DNA of 59,532 nucleotides from Escherichia phage vB_EcoP_phi315: sequence record PV189403.1; one strand, 5' to 3'. Shown piece by piece: positions 20,489 to 31,101 of this stretch (position 1 is its first letter; each line of letters starts with the position of its first letter). The notes under the pieces were generated by a model. It saw only the letters and a program-made list of their open reading frames with translations, ran no database searches and was not told where the DNA came from. The position numbers and the translations under genes were made by a program.

Positions 20489-23288
20489 AAAGGTGGGTGA
20501 TGTCACACTGCGAAAAATGCTGACCGCCGGGCTGGAGAAAAAATACATCGCGGCAGGGATGCAGCCGGAAAGAGCCACGGCACTGGCAGCAGAAGCTGTC
20601 GATAAAAAAATGCCGGATTTATTCCAGGCGGGCCTGATCACCCATTCCACAGCCAGTGCACAGGGGCAGAGTGCAATGGCGGCAGCAGATGCAGTTCTTA
20701 ATGCGGATTACTCTGAGCTGGCGCAGTCACCGAAATTTCAGCAGACGTTTTTGTCCATTGACGCCGACCCGCAGCACGCACAGCTGACTGATCGCCAGAA
20801 AATGGATCTGGCAAAAGAGCGTGTTGCCGATGAGGTGCGCGCGCAGCTGGCAACCGATCCTGAATTGCTGGCTGTGAATGCCATGGCGGCAAAACTGGGT
20901 GACGCACAACTGTTTAATCTGGTGACACGAGGCACAGCGAAGACCGTTAAAAGCGGCATTGTCAGAAATGCCACGGAACAGGGGGCGATTAATGCGGCGC
21001 AGGGCGGCTATTCACGCTATCAGGAAAACATGGCACTGCGTGATACCGCCGGAATGGATGTGTCACCGTGGGAGGGCGTGGCTGACGCAACGATCGAAGG
21101 TGCAGCCCTTGGTGCTGCGATGGGGGCACCATTCGGTGCGGTTGCCGGATATCGTGGCAGACGTCAGGCGGCAGATGAAGCCGCCATGCGTGAGGCTGAA
21201 GTCGTACAGCAGGACGACGCAGCCCCGCAACCAGAATCTGTTGATCTGGTGGCGCAGCATCGTGAATCCATGCAGGGGATGAATCGCGAGCAGCTTCTGG
21301 AGCAGTATGCTGATGCGGATATGGCGACAGAGGGTGACGCATCCGCAACTCATCGCCGGGAAGCCGCCAGCCAGCTGTTGAATGAACTGGACGAACAGGC
21401 GAAGCGACAGGCTGTGATGAATGAGCTGAAGGCGAAGCCGCGTTCTGAACTGCTTGAGGAATACCGCAGACTCAGCCAGAAAGAGGGGCGCACCGAGACT
21501 GAAGAACAACAGTTTCAGGCAATACGAGAAGTCATTCGCCCACAACAGGAAGTGACGCCGGAAGCACAGTCACAGCCTGAAAATGCGGAGGATGGTAACG
21601 GGAGCATTTACCCGACGGTGCGGTTCCGGGACCCGAATGAAGTCCGCATTGAAATTAACGGGAATGGTGCGTCCAGACCAGCGGAACGCATTGAAAAGGT
21701 GCGCCCGGACAACCGTTATTTCACGGATGAGAAAAGCGCCATGGGGAGTGATGTTTTCCGTAATGCCGCCGCCACCGGCCTGAAACCGTCCGTAGTGAAG
21801 AAAGGCGAGAATCAATATGCTGTTGAAATGGATAATCCTGCGTTCTCTGAAGATGTGGCAACGGAAACCATTAACACCCTGGCTGACGGAGAGCGTATTG
21901 CTGATGCTGACCCGATGGAGCAGCCCGCGTTCATGCGTGACCCACGATTCCGTGGTTTCACGGGGGATGATACGGAGGTACAGGCCCGCCTTGCCCGTGG
22001 CAACGTGCCGACGGCAGAGGAGCTTGTACGTTCACAGATGGCTGAAGGTGATGCCGGTCCGACAGCACAGGAGTTAACTGAGCGTCCACGCCTGCCCGCT
22101 CCCGGCGATATTCATCCCGGACAGGGATATCCGTTACCGGGAGAGGTGGCGCGTACGCCGGATGAGAATCAGGCAGGACGTGGTGGTCGTTTTACCACAA
22201 CCGGTGAGGTTAAGGGCCAGAGTTTCCAGAAAGGACAAGCTCCGGCACCGGAAAACGCCGCTGGTCGCCAGGGGGAAACACTCGAGGGTGAAATGGTTCG
22301 TCGTGGTCTGCCGTCACCGGATGCGCAGAACGCGACAGCACCGGTACGTGAAGGGCTACCGGCTCCTGACATTGCGCGTAATGTTCGTATGCCTCAGCCT
22401 GAATCACTTCCCCGCACTGTACGGGACTCACTGCCTGAGCTTGCACAGCAGGCAGAAGTACGCCGACAGGCCGGAGGAAATCGTGACATCCCGCAGCCTG
22501 AGACAATCGCACCTGAATCTGAAACAACTGTCTCTACTGACAGGGAAGCTACCGTGCGCGGAGGTGAAGTCAGGGGCAAAAAAATTGAAGACTTTGGCGA
22601 GGAAATTAAAGGGGCAGCCAAACACCGTTATGCACAGCTTGCTGAAACACTGGGTAAAACGCTGGAAGACAGGGATTATGCCACGCAGCCGCTGAGCAAA
22701 CTGTTCCCGAAACCGGACTACGCAAAACTGGCGAGCGAAGGGGCTGATGCTGACACCCTGGCAATGATAGCGCTGTATCGTAGCGATATTCCGGTGAAGA
22801 CGAAACACAATACGGCAGGCTGGGGGGAGAGCGTAAAAAAAGTACGACACAGTGTATCGGAAATGCTGAACGGAACGGTCAGCGCGAAACGCCTCGCAGA
22901 ATGGATGGAAGGCAGAATGCCCTCCCGTTACGCGGACACCTGGCAACTGTTACGCACTCTGCCACCCTCACAGATGGACAAGGCTTCTGCTTATCGGGTG
23001 GTATCGGGTGTGTATCAGGCGGCAGGAGGGAAGCGTTACGATCCGCCACAGAAACTTTATTCACTGCGCAATAAGGACAATAAGGGGAGTAACCTCTTTT
23101 TCTCGGAAAGCAGGGATGAATTACTGGCAAAGGCGAAAGTCTGGTTTGCAGAGCAGGAGGAAAAATCACAGGCGAAAGGTGATGAAAAACAGCACCGTCT
23201 CCGGATGACAAAATCCGCTTTGACGTTTACCGGAATACCCGCAGTGGCGATATTTTTATCGCTTACGGTAAAAACAAAATGCGGGTGA
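20442..23288 (+). CDS. large hypothetical protein, Ala/Glu/Gln-rich (putative injected/internal virion protein)
   Basis: 948-aa ORF (non-ATG start at 20442) overlapping both neighbours; low-complexity charged segments. Confidence 0.45.
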   Translation: MIGAVAADVFAGGVAKKVGDVTLRKMLTAGLEKKYIAAGMQPERATALAAEAVDKKMPDLFQAGLITHSTASAQGQSAMAAADAVLNADYSELAQSPKFQQTFLSIDADPQHAQLTDRQKMDLAKERVADEVRAQLATDPELLAVNAMAAKLGDAQLFNLVTRGTAKTVKSGIVRNATEQGAINAAQGGYSRYQENMALRDTAGMDVSPWEGVADATIEGAALGAAMGAPFGAVAGYRGRRQAADEAAMREAEVVQQDDAAPQPESVDLVAQHRESMQGMNREQLLEQYADADMATEGDASATHRREAASQLLNELDEQAKRQAVMNELKAKPRSELLEEYRRLSQKEGRTETEEQQFQAIREVIRPQQEVTPEAQSQPENAEDGNGSIYPTVRFRDPNEVRIEINGNGASRPAERIEKVRPDNRYFTDEKSAMGSDVFRNAAATGLKPSVVKKGENQYAVEMDNPAFSEDVATETINTLADGERIADADPMEQPAFMRDPRFRGFTGDDTEVQARLARGNVPTAEELVRSQMAEGDAGPTAQELTERPRLPAPGDIHPGQGYPLPGEVARTPDENQAGRGGRFTTTGEVKGQSFQKGQAPAPENAAGRQGETLEGEMVRRGLPSPDAQNATAPVREGLPAPDIARNVRMPQPESLPRTVRDSLPELAQQAEVRRQAGGNRDIPQPETIAPESETTVSTDREATVRGGEVRGKKIEDFGEEIKGAAKHRYAQLAETLGKTLEDRDYATQPLSKLFPKPDYAKLASEGADADTLAMIALYRSDIPVKTKHNTAGWGESVKKVRHSVSEMLNGTVSAKRLAEWMEGRMPSRYADTWQLLRTLPPSQMDKASAYRVVSGVYQAAGGKRYDPPQKLYSLRNKDNKGSNLFFSESRDELLAKAKVWFAEQEEKSQAKGDEKQHRLRMTKSALTFTGIPAVAIFLSLTVKTKCG

Positions 23289-26200
23289 GAGGTGGCTTTA
23301 AGTCAGCCAGTGATGCGCGTAAGTACATTGATTTACATCGTGATGAGCTTGTTCGTCATGTGAAGGAGATGCGGGAGATTTCGCGTGAGGAGCAGCGCAA
23401 CGCCACCAACCGCGACCGTACCGGACCAGAACGCCGCAAGGGGGATGTTTCACCGGAGCAGTTCAGTGATGCGTTTGGTTTTCGTGGTGTGCAGTTTGGT
23501 AATTATGTGGAAAGTCCGCGTCGTCAGGCTGATTTGAACCGGGCTTATGACTCGCTGCATGACCTTGCGGAAGTACTGAATGTACCGACAAAAGCGCTTT
23601 CTCTGAACGGTCGTCTTGGCCTGGCATTTGGTGCCCGTGGTAAGGGTAAGGCGGCGGCACACTATGAGTCAGGTGAGGTGGCAATCAACCTGACAAAAGG
23701 TAACGGACCGGGTGCGCTGGCGCACGAATGGTTCCATTCTCTGGATAATTATTTTGGTCGTTATGACGTTTCCAGTGACGGGAAAATTACGTCAGGTGGC
23801 GACTTTATGACGGAAGCACAGCGTGTCAGGCGCATATTTAAAGACGGCAGGTATGTTGATGCTGAATATCCGGTACGTCAGGAGGTTTACGACGCTTTTA
23901 AAGGTGTGATTCAGGCCATTAAAAACAGTGACATGCCGCGTCGTTCAGCGCTTCTTGATGAGGTGCGCTCAAAACCGTACTGGTCAACGGATGTTGAAAT
24001 GGCGGCACGTGCCTTTGAGCGTTATGTTCAGGATAAGGCGCGTATGGCTGGCGTGGAGAATGATTATCTGGTCAATATCCGTAAGGCACCTGAGCACAAC
24101 ACAGATAACACCTACGCTTATCCGACGAATGCGGAACTGGATGGCGGTATTCGTGAGGCATTCGATCACCTGTTCCGCACCCTGAAAACCCGTGAGACGG
24201 ACAAGGGCGTTGCGTTTTATTCCCGTAAGGGCATGACCCGCACACCTGAAGGTAATCTCATTTCGGATGTTAACCGTAGTGCGGAAGCCAAAGGCAGCCC
24301 GGTCCCGCAGGTTGAAGCGGTTGCCCGTGGCGTGATGAGCGGCATTAAGGGCAGTGACCTGACGGTCCGTGTGGTGAAGTCACAGAAAGAGGCTGAAGCG
24401 CTGGCGGGTGAATCGTTCGACGGTTACGGCAGGGTGCACGCATTCTATCGTCCGGATAAACGAGAAATTGTCCTGGTGGCGGATAACATCCCTGACGGGC
24501 AGACCGTACGCGAGAAGTTGCGTCACGAGATTATCCACCATGCCATGGAGCATGTTGTCACGCCAGCGGAATATCAGACGATTATCAAAACCGTGCTGAA
24601 AACCCGCGACAGTGATAACGCCACCATCCGTGAAGCCTGGCGTAAGGTTGATGCGTCCTATGGTAAGGAATCACCGGAAGTACAGGCGGGTGAATTTCTG
24701 GCACATATGGCGGAGAAACAGCCGAATAAATTCGTGGCGGCATGGGAGCGTGTTGTTGCCCTGGTCAAAGGGGTACTGCGTCGTACGGGGTTACTGAAGC
24801 CGACGGAACTGAACGATATCAGACTTGTTCGCGAGACCATCCGTACGTTAGGCCAGCGTGTGCGGGAAGGTTACACGCCGCGTGAGGATGGCGTGGGCGC
24901 ATCGTCTCAGTACTCCCGTAGTGGTAAGCCTGATCCGTTCAAAGTGCCGGAAGGTGAGGGTGAACGTTATCGCGATGACCTTGCCAGAATGATGAAATCT
25001 CTGCGTACCACAGATTTAACGGTAAACATCGGGCGTACGCCGCCGGTATTGCGTCACCTTGGTGCACCGGATTTGCCGCTGGTTATTTCCCGCGATACTG
25101 TGCGGAAGGCCACCAATGGTGTGAAACATGTGGTGCCGATGGATGTTATCGAGAGACTACCGGAACTGATGCACGATCCGGATGCAATTTACCGCTCAGC
25201 GACAGAAAGAAATGCGGTTGTGATGCTGCTTGATGCCGTGGATAAAAATGGTGATCCGGTAGTGTCTGCGGTGCATATGAAGGCAACCCAAAAACTTCTG
25301 GAAGTTAACCGTATTGCTTCTGTTTACGGAACGGAAAACGGGAAAAAACTGAAGAGTATGGAAACGGCTGGCTTAACATTATACAGGAGAGAAAAACTAA
25401 ACCCTGATGGTTCTCTGTACAGAGGGCTCCAATTGCCCAAAGATGAGCACTCCCGTCAGGGTTCTGCGGATAAAATACTCTATCCTGAAGATATTCGCAA
25501 GGGGCCGTATTACTCCCGTACCAGCAGTCTGACACCGGAAGAGACAATTGCATCGCGTTTTGTGCGCCAGATGCAGGATAAATTCCAGGTGCTGAAAGCT
25601 GTTCAGGAGAATATCCGTAAAACTGGTGGAAAAATAGACGACAGTAACAACGCTTATATGGCGGAAGAACTCTTCCACGGGAAGGCGGAAAACGACCTGA
25701 ACGTGATGAAGGAGCGCTACGTTCAGCCACTGGCTAAATTACTGGCGGACTACAAAATTGCGCAGGCCGATCTGGATGAGTACCTCTACGCCCGTCACGC
25801 GCCGGAACGTAACGCGCATATCGCGAAAATCAACCCGAAAATGCCGGACGGCGGTTCGGGGATGACCAACGCGGAGGCGGCGGAAATCATGCAGCGTGTA
25901 CGTAACAGCGGCAAACAGGCACAGTATGACCGTCTGGCAGGGATTGTTGACGATATGCTGGCCCGTCGCCGTGAGCTTATCCGTGAGGCAGGACTGGAAG
26001 AGAGCGGCGTGGTGGATGCCTGGCAGAAAGCCTACCGTTACTACGTTCCCCTGAAAGGGCAGGATGTTGACGGTGTGGTGTCACTGCCACGTACAGGCAA
26101 GGGATTCACCATCGGCGGGCGTGAAAGTAAGCAGGCCATGGGGCGCGCATCCCGCGCACAGTCTCCTTCCACTCAGGCGATACAGGATTTGAGCGAATCA

Positions 26201-28255
26201 CTGATCCGCAATCGCAAAAATGAAGTGGGTAACGCCTTCCTGAAACTGGTACAGGATAATCCCGACAAGGATTACTGGCAGGTATTCACCGATGACAGAC
26301 CGGATACCATGCGGACGATTGCAGAGCGCAAGGACCAGGAAACTGGTGAAACCATTCGCGAAGTTGTCGAACGCCCTGTACCGATGGCAATGATGGCAGA
26401 CCGGTACTTCACCACCAAAAAGAACGGCAAAACGTACTACATCAAACTCCATGATCCGCGCCTGATGCGTGCGATGAAGAATATGGGACCGGAAACCAGT
26501 AACGCCGTAATCCGCACGCTGGGGAAAGTTAACCGCTTCCTGGCAACGGTGAACACGTCGTATAACCCGGAATTCCTGGTCAGTAACTTCATCCGTGACG
26601 TACAGACGGCGGTGATGAACCTGAAGGCGGAGCAGGGAAGGAGCGACGGCAAACTGAAAGGGCTGGATAACTTATCCGCACTGGCTGTGGTGAAAGACAG
26701 TCGCTCTGCCATGTCTGCCGTATACGCCAGTCTGCGTGGTAAAACCCTCACGGGCAACGGTGCGCAGTGGCAGAAGGTGTGGAAAGAGTTTGTTGAGGAC
26801 GGAGGTAAAACCGGCTGGTTTAACATGGGTGACCTTGAAGGCCAGCAGAAGGAAATGGATCGCCTTGTATCGCTGGCGAAGGGAGGATGGAAAGGCCAGA
26901 GTATCGGTGCATGGAATTCGTTCCTTAACCTTGTCGAGGATGCCAACGGGGCGGTTGAAAACGCTCTGCGTCTTTCTGCCTATAAACACGCCCGTGATGC
27001 CGGTTTGTCACGCCAGCAGGCGGCGTCTCTTGCCAAAAACATGACGGTGAACTTTAACCGTCGTGGTGAGCAGGGAGCGCTGATGAACTCGCTGTACATG
27101 TTCGCCAACGCCAGCATTCAGGGGACCGCAAACCTGGTGAGAACGCTCGGACATCTTAATGGCGACGGGCCGTTACTGGAGCGCCTTCGCTGGAAGAATC
27201 TCAATGTACCGCAGAAAATCGCGCTTGCAGCTGTGGGAGCGGGTTATCTGCTTGGCTCGCTTAACCGCAGTGTTGCGGGGGAGGATGATGACGGGGTTAA
27301 CTGGTATGACAAGGTGCCGTCTCATGTGAAAGAGCGTAACCTCGTCATTATGAAATCGGTGTTCGGGGGCAAGGCCGGAGAGTACTGGAGTATTCCTCTG
27401 CCTTACGGGTACAACGTTTTCTTCCTGCTCGGGCATACCGCTGAAGGTGTGGCGGCGGGTGACCTGACGGCGTCCCGTGCTGCCGGTAATGTTGTTGGTG
27501 GTGTGCTTGGTGCATTCAGCCCGATTGGCAGTGAGACGTCGGAAACACTGTCCGGGGCATTGCTGAAAAATGCAGCGCCGACCATTCTGCGTCCGTTTGC
27601 GAACCTTGCCATGAATGAAAACTTCATGGGGGCGCAGATTTACCAGGAGAACATGCCGTTTGGTACACCAAAACCTGACAGCCAGCTGGGAAGACGTTCA
27701 ACGCCAGAAGCGTACAAGGCGTTTGCATCCTGGCTGAATGCGTTCTCAGGTGGCAGCCAGTACCGTTCAGGCGCGGTGGATATCACACCGGAATCGCTGA
27801 AATACTGGGTGGACTATATCTCTGGTGGTACAGGGCGCTTCATTTCCAAAACCACGGATGCGGCGGTGAAATCGCTGAACGGTATTGATATACCGGAACA
27901 GCAGGTGCCTTTCCTGGGGAAAATTTCAGGTGAGGTGATGCCGTATGCTGACCAGCAGAAGATGTACGACCGGATGACAGAGGTTGCGCAGTATCACGCA
28001 GAGCTGAAGAGTCTGACCGGCGCAGAAAGAACGGCGTTCATTGACGAGAACAACGGAAAATTGTCGATGAACGGGCTTATGCAGGATACCCGGAAGAGAC
28101 TGAAGGATTTGCGTAAACAGCGTGATGCCATTTACGCCGACAGTACTCTCAGTCTGGCGCAACAGTCGGCGATGGTGAAATCGGTAGAGCGGGATATGAA
28201 AATTGCCGTGGATCGGTTTAACCGCGAGTACAACAAAAAAGTGGGAGTGGATTAA
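23279..28255 (+). CDS. giant protein with two HExxH zincin-like motifs (putative polyvalent/injected protein)
   Basis: 1658-aa ORF; motifs LAHEWFH (around aa 150) and RHEIIHH (around aa 415); last gene of the late operon before attP. Confidence 0.5.
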   Translation: MRVRGGFKSASDARKYIDLHRDELVRHVKEMREISREEQRNATNRDRTGPERRKGDVSPEQFSDAFGFRGVQFGNYVESPRRQADLNRAYDSLHDLAEVLNVPTKALSLNGRLGLAFGARGKGKAAAHYESGEVAINLTKGNGPGALAHEWFHSLDNYFGRYDVSSDGKITSGGDFMTEAQRVRRIFKDGRYVDAEYPVRQEVYDAFKGVIQAIKNSDMPRRSALLDEVRSKPYWSTDVEMAARAFERYVQDKARMAGVENDYLVNIRKAPEHNTDNTYAYPTNAELDGGIREAFDHLFRTLKTRETDKGVAFYSRKGMTRTPEGNLISDVNRSAEAKGSPVPQVEAVARGVMSGIKGSDLTVRVVKSQKEAEALAGESFDGYGRVHAFYRPDKREIVLVADNIPDGQTVREKLRHEIIHHAMEHVVTPAEYQTIIKTVLKTRDSDNATIREAWRKVDASYGKESPEVQAGEFLAHMAEKQPNKFVAAWERVVALVKGVLRRTGLLKPTELNDIRLVRETIRTLGQRVREGYTPREDGVGASSQYSRSGKPDPFKVPEGEGERYRDDLARMMKSLRTTDLTVNIGRTPPVLRHLGAPDLPLVISRDTVRKATNGVKHVVPMDVIERLPELMHDPDAIYRSATERNAVVMLLDAVDKNGDPVVSAVHMKATQKLLEVNRIASVYGTENGKKLKSMETAGLTLYRREKLNPDGSLYRGLQLPKDEHSRQGSADKILYPEDIRKGPYYSRTSSLTPEETIASRFVRQMQDKFQVLKAVQENIRKTGGKIDDSNNAYMAEELFHGKAENDLNVMKERYVQPLAKLLADYKIAQADLDEYLYARHAPERNAHIAKINPKMPDGGSGMTNAEAAEIMQRVRNSGKQAQYDRLAGIVDDMLARRRELIREAGLEESGVVDAWQKAYRYYVPLKGQDVDGVVSLPRTGKGFTIGGRESKQAMGRASRAQSPSTQAIQDLSESLIRNRKNEVGNAFLKLVQDNPDKDYWQVFTDDRPDTMRTIAERKDQETGETIREVVERPVPMAMMADRYFTTKKNGKTYYIKLHDPRLMRAMKNMGPETSNAVIRTLGKVNRFLATVNTSYNPEFLVSNFIRDVQTAVMNLKAEQGRSDGKLKGLDNLSALAVVKDSRSAMSAVYASLRGKTLTGNGAQWQKVWKEFVEDGGKTGWFNMGDLEGQQKEMDRLVSLAKGGWKGQSIGAWNSFLNLVEDANGAVENALRLSAYKHARDAGLSRQQAASLAKNMTVNFNRRGEQGALMNSLYMFANASIQGTANLVRTLGHLNGDGPLLERLRWKNLNVPQKIALAAVGAGYLLGSLNRSVAGEDDDGVNWYDKVPSHVKERNLVIMKSVFGGKAGEYWSIPLPYGYNVFFLLGHTAEGVAAGDLTASRAAGNVVGGVLGAFSPIGSETSETLSGALLKNAAPTILRPFANLAMNENFMGAQIYQENMPFGTPKPDSQLGRRSTPEAYKAFASWLNAFSGGSQYRSGAVDITPESLKYWVDYISGGTGRFISKTTDAAVKSLNGIDIPEQQVPFLGKISGEVMPYADQQKMYDRMTEVAQYHAELKSLTGAERTAFIDENNGKLSMNGLMQDTRKRLKDLRKQRDAIYADSTLSLAQQSAMVKSVERDMKIAVDRFNREYNKKVGVD

Positions 28256-28591
28256 CAGAAATGGCCCCGTACGGAAGTGCGGGGCTAATGTGATTGGGGA
28301 GGGTGAGGATACCTGACACATCAGAGGTGGCGAGGGATTCCTCCCTTGCAGAGGTCTTTCTTCGTTATCAGTGCCGTCACAATGACGGTAATACAGAGAT
28401 GAGCAGGGTGATTAACATCGCCTTTTGCTGCTTTCATTGCATTTCTCCCGCGATAGCTCAGGCGTATTTGTCAATATGCAGAAATATTGATGAACGAATG
28501 ACGGTAAATACCCTACCCAGAAAATTAACGTAAATTCACATCGTAAACTTGCGTTAATTATCTGAAATATATACTTAAATCCCCTTAAATC

Positions 28592-28853
28592 TTTGGGGCG
28601 CTATTGGGGCAAAGTGTGGTTGTTTGGGGCATATTTGGGGCAAAAAAGAACGTATAAAGAACGGTGTAAAATCGATTTCTTTATGGTCAAAATGAGGTCT
28701 AACATATTGAAAAGTATATGCTCTTGGACGATCTTCGGTAATTCTGTGTTTTTAATGCTTCATGGTTTCAACATGTCTAAGGATATGGTTTATCATTTTG
28801 AAAAATATAATTTTATTTCATCCTCCTGGTCACTTTGGGGCACGTCTGGGGCA
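28592..28853. other. candidate attP region with arm-type repeats
   Basis: Four direct copies of TTGGGGC(A/G) at 28592-28641 and two at 28834-28853 flank an AT-rich ~190-bp core; lies between the last late gene and int, overlapping the int 3' end. Confidence 0.4.
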
Positions 28854-30103
28854 CGGGCATTAAGGACATTATTCAACATGGCAACTTGAGTCACGCTGCA
28901 CTCAGGCATCCATGCACCATAAACATTGTAGACCATGCTGGCGCTGGAGTGCCCCATCTGTGACGCAATAAATGTCGGGTTTGCTCCGGCAGATAAAGCC
29001 CAGCACGCATAGGTATGGCGTGACTGATACGCTTTACGGGATCGGATACCCGCTCTTTTTATTGCTGAATCCCATGTCGCTCCGATGGAGCTTACCGCGT
29101 AGTTAATACCCGCCTTGTGATTCTTGCGAACGATTTGCGGACAGAAAACAAAAGTGCACTCGTGCAAAATTGTTCTTCCGTACTCGCGTAATTTAACAGT
29201 GATCTGATGCTGCCTGCCAAGACGAGTAAGCATCGCCTGGTTTTTAAGTGCTTCAATTGCTGGTGCCAGAAGATGTATAACCCGGTTAGTGCCTGCGTCA
29301 GTCTTTGGTAGCGTAAAATCACCTATTTTTGTAAAATTTCTTCGCACTGTTATCGTGCCAGCTTTCAGGTCGATATCCTCCCATGCAAGTGCGGCAATTT
29401 CACCGTGTCGCATCCCTGTAAAAACAGCCACTGTCCAGAGGTTTTTGGTCTGTTGATGATGGCAGGCATCAATGAGACGGCTAAACTCATCTCTGGTCAG
29501 TGGATCCGGCACTGGTTTTGATTTCCTCAGCGGTGTTATTGAATTAAACGGGTTTTTCTCCAGATACCCGTTTTCGGCGGCAAAGCTGAACATTCCGGCT
29601 GTTGTTGTCATGTAATAGTTCACTGTGGGTACGGTTCTTCCTTTTCGGGACGTGCTGGTTTTCCTGCTTCCCTTTTCCCCGGTCAGTAAATCTTTCCTGA
29701 TAAACAGCAGATCTTCTTTTGTAATCGATGACGCCAGCCTGCCAGGACCAAGCCTCGGTAGCATATTTTTCATCACTGATTGATAACGATTTAAGGCGTT
29801 ACTACTGATTTCCATTGCTTTCAGAGTAAGCCATTTCTGTGCCAGTTCACCGACGGTGATATCTTTTTTTACCAGGCCAAATAGCTTCAGGTTAGGTGAG
29901 TCAGGGAATCGCTCGGCATAATCAAACGTTCCCGTTCTGATTGCAAAGCAGACAGAAGCCCTTAACTCACCAGCGATCTTTCTGTTTTTCGGAGTATCGG
30001 GCACGCGAAGATTTTCGCGCACTCGTTTACCCCTGTACTTAAACGTTATTCGGAGTTTTCCTCCGTGATTTTCAACGCCGGCTGGATAGGCTGAATTCGC
30101 CAT
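28793..30103 (-). CDS. int: tyrosine integrase
   Basis: ATG at 30103 with AGGAGGA RBS; C-terminal catalytic region with RHTYACW and VYNVYGAW (R/H/R/Y signature). Confidence 0.85.
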   Translation of the reverse strand: MANSAYPAGVENHGGKLRITFKYRGKRVRENLRVPDTPKNRKIAGELRASVCFAIRTGTFDYAERFPDSPNLKLFGLVKKDITVGELAQKWLTLKAMEISSNALNRYQSVMKNMLPRLGPGRLASSITKEDLLFIRKDLLTGEKGSRKTSTSRKGRTVPTVNYYMTTTAGMFSFAAENGYLEKNPFNSITPLRKSKPVPDPLTRDEFSRLIDACHHQQTKNLWTVAVFTGMRHGEIAALAWEDIDLKAGTITVRRNFTKIGDFTLPKTDAGTNRVIHLLAPAIEALKNQAMLTRLGRQHQITVKLREYGRTILHECTFVFCPQIVRKNHKAGINYAVSSIGATWDSAIKRAGIRSRKAYQSRHTYACWALSAGANPTFIASQMGHSSASMVYNVYGAWMPECSVTQVAMLNNVLNARAPDVPQSDQEDEIKLYFSK

Positions 30104-30155
30104 TGTTCCTCCTGCGTCCAAGAGCACGCTCAGGTTATACTCTTATGGACAAGAA

Positions 30156-30455
30156 TTAAACATCCTGAGATGGTAAGGGTTGGTTTTTGATCCAAGTGTT
30201 GATGGTAGGAAGATGATAGAGACATTCGCTGTTTTTCTTTGGCGTTCCGTCGGGGGCAATTTGTTTATATTCTCTGCCGTTCATCCACGCACTGTCCCTG
30301 GCGCGTAATATTGTTCCTTTTCTTAGGCCTGTTACAGCCATTAAAAGCTCCAGTGTTACCCATTCATTCGCATTTATCTGTACAACAGGTGTGATGACTG
30401 GCTGAATGCCATGGTTATGTTGGTTTACTAACTCGCGCATAAGTTGCCTCTGCAT
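30156..30455 (-). CDS. xis: excisionase-like protein
   Basis: 99-aa ORF directly upstream of int on the same strand; winged-helix-like segment ending in GREY, as in lambda Xis. Confidence 0.55.
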   Translation of the reverse strand: MQRQLMRELVNQHNHGIQPVITPVVQINANEWVTLELLMAVTGLRKGTILRARDSAWMNGREYKQIAPDGTPKKNSECLYHLPTINTWIKNQPLPSQDV

Positions 30456-30485
30456 GTGTAAGAAAAAACCGCCCGAAGGCGGTTG

Positions 30486-30737
30486 TCAGTTGATTGATGT
30501 ACGGCGCATTTTTCGAAGGCTGGCAATATGCTTTTCCTTCTCAATTTCCGCTTTAATCATATGCAGTTCGTTGTGCTCGATTCGCTCAAATTCTTCATTA
30601 AATGCACCAATTGAAGTGGCTCTGGTTCTGCCGTCGAGCCTTCGGTAGATCACCTGAGTCAGAGTTACCTTGCATATTTCTACCGGATAGTTGTTGGCAT
30701 CAACGAAAGACTGCCCGCGCTGGATCAGGACGAACAC
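30486..30737 (-). CDS. hypothetical early protein
   Basis: 83-aa ORF in the int-proximal early-left region. Confidence 0.35.
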   Translation of the reverse strand: MFVLIQRGQSFVDANNYPVEICKVTLTQVIYRRLDGRTRATSIGAFNEEFERIEHNELHMIKAEIEKEKHIASLRKMRRTSIN

Positions 30738-30958
30738 TGGTTGTATTCCTTGAGTGCCATATCATAAACACGGCATGCCGAGAGGTGTGTTGTAGTCAAC
30801 GTCGTTCGTATCCTGAAAAGTCCATGTGTTGTGATGGTAACTTCCGGGGCTTTGAGTTTCACTGCATCAACGATATGCTGATGTTTGCGGCTTTCGAATA
30901 TAGAGCTGGATATAACCACACTTGCTGTTAAACCGTAACTTTCAAATGTGATTTTCAT
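30725..30958 (-). CDS. hypothetical early protein
   Basis: Internal ATG at 30958 (MKITFESYG) with GAGGA RBS; track ORF extends upstream to 31105. Confidence 0.35.
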   Translation of the reverse strand: MKITFESYGLTASVVISSSIFESRKHQHIVDAVKLKAPEVTITTHGLFRIRTTLTTTHLSACRVYDMALKEYNQCSS

Positions 30959-31101
30959 GTCATTATCCTCGCAGTTAGCCGGGCAACAAAAATAAATAAT
31001 GTTGTTCCTGCGAATAACAGGATACCGCCCGTCATTAGAGAAAGGAAAAACAATATTAATGTACGCGGGTTGTTTCTCAAAATATTCTCTCTGTGATTCG
31101 C

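Noticed and set aside
28294-28889. Two plus-strand ORFs (79 and 98 aa) in the attP region
   Set aside because: AT-rich, no RBS, overlap the repeat-rich attachment region and the int 3' end; judged non-coding.
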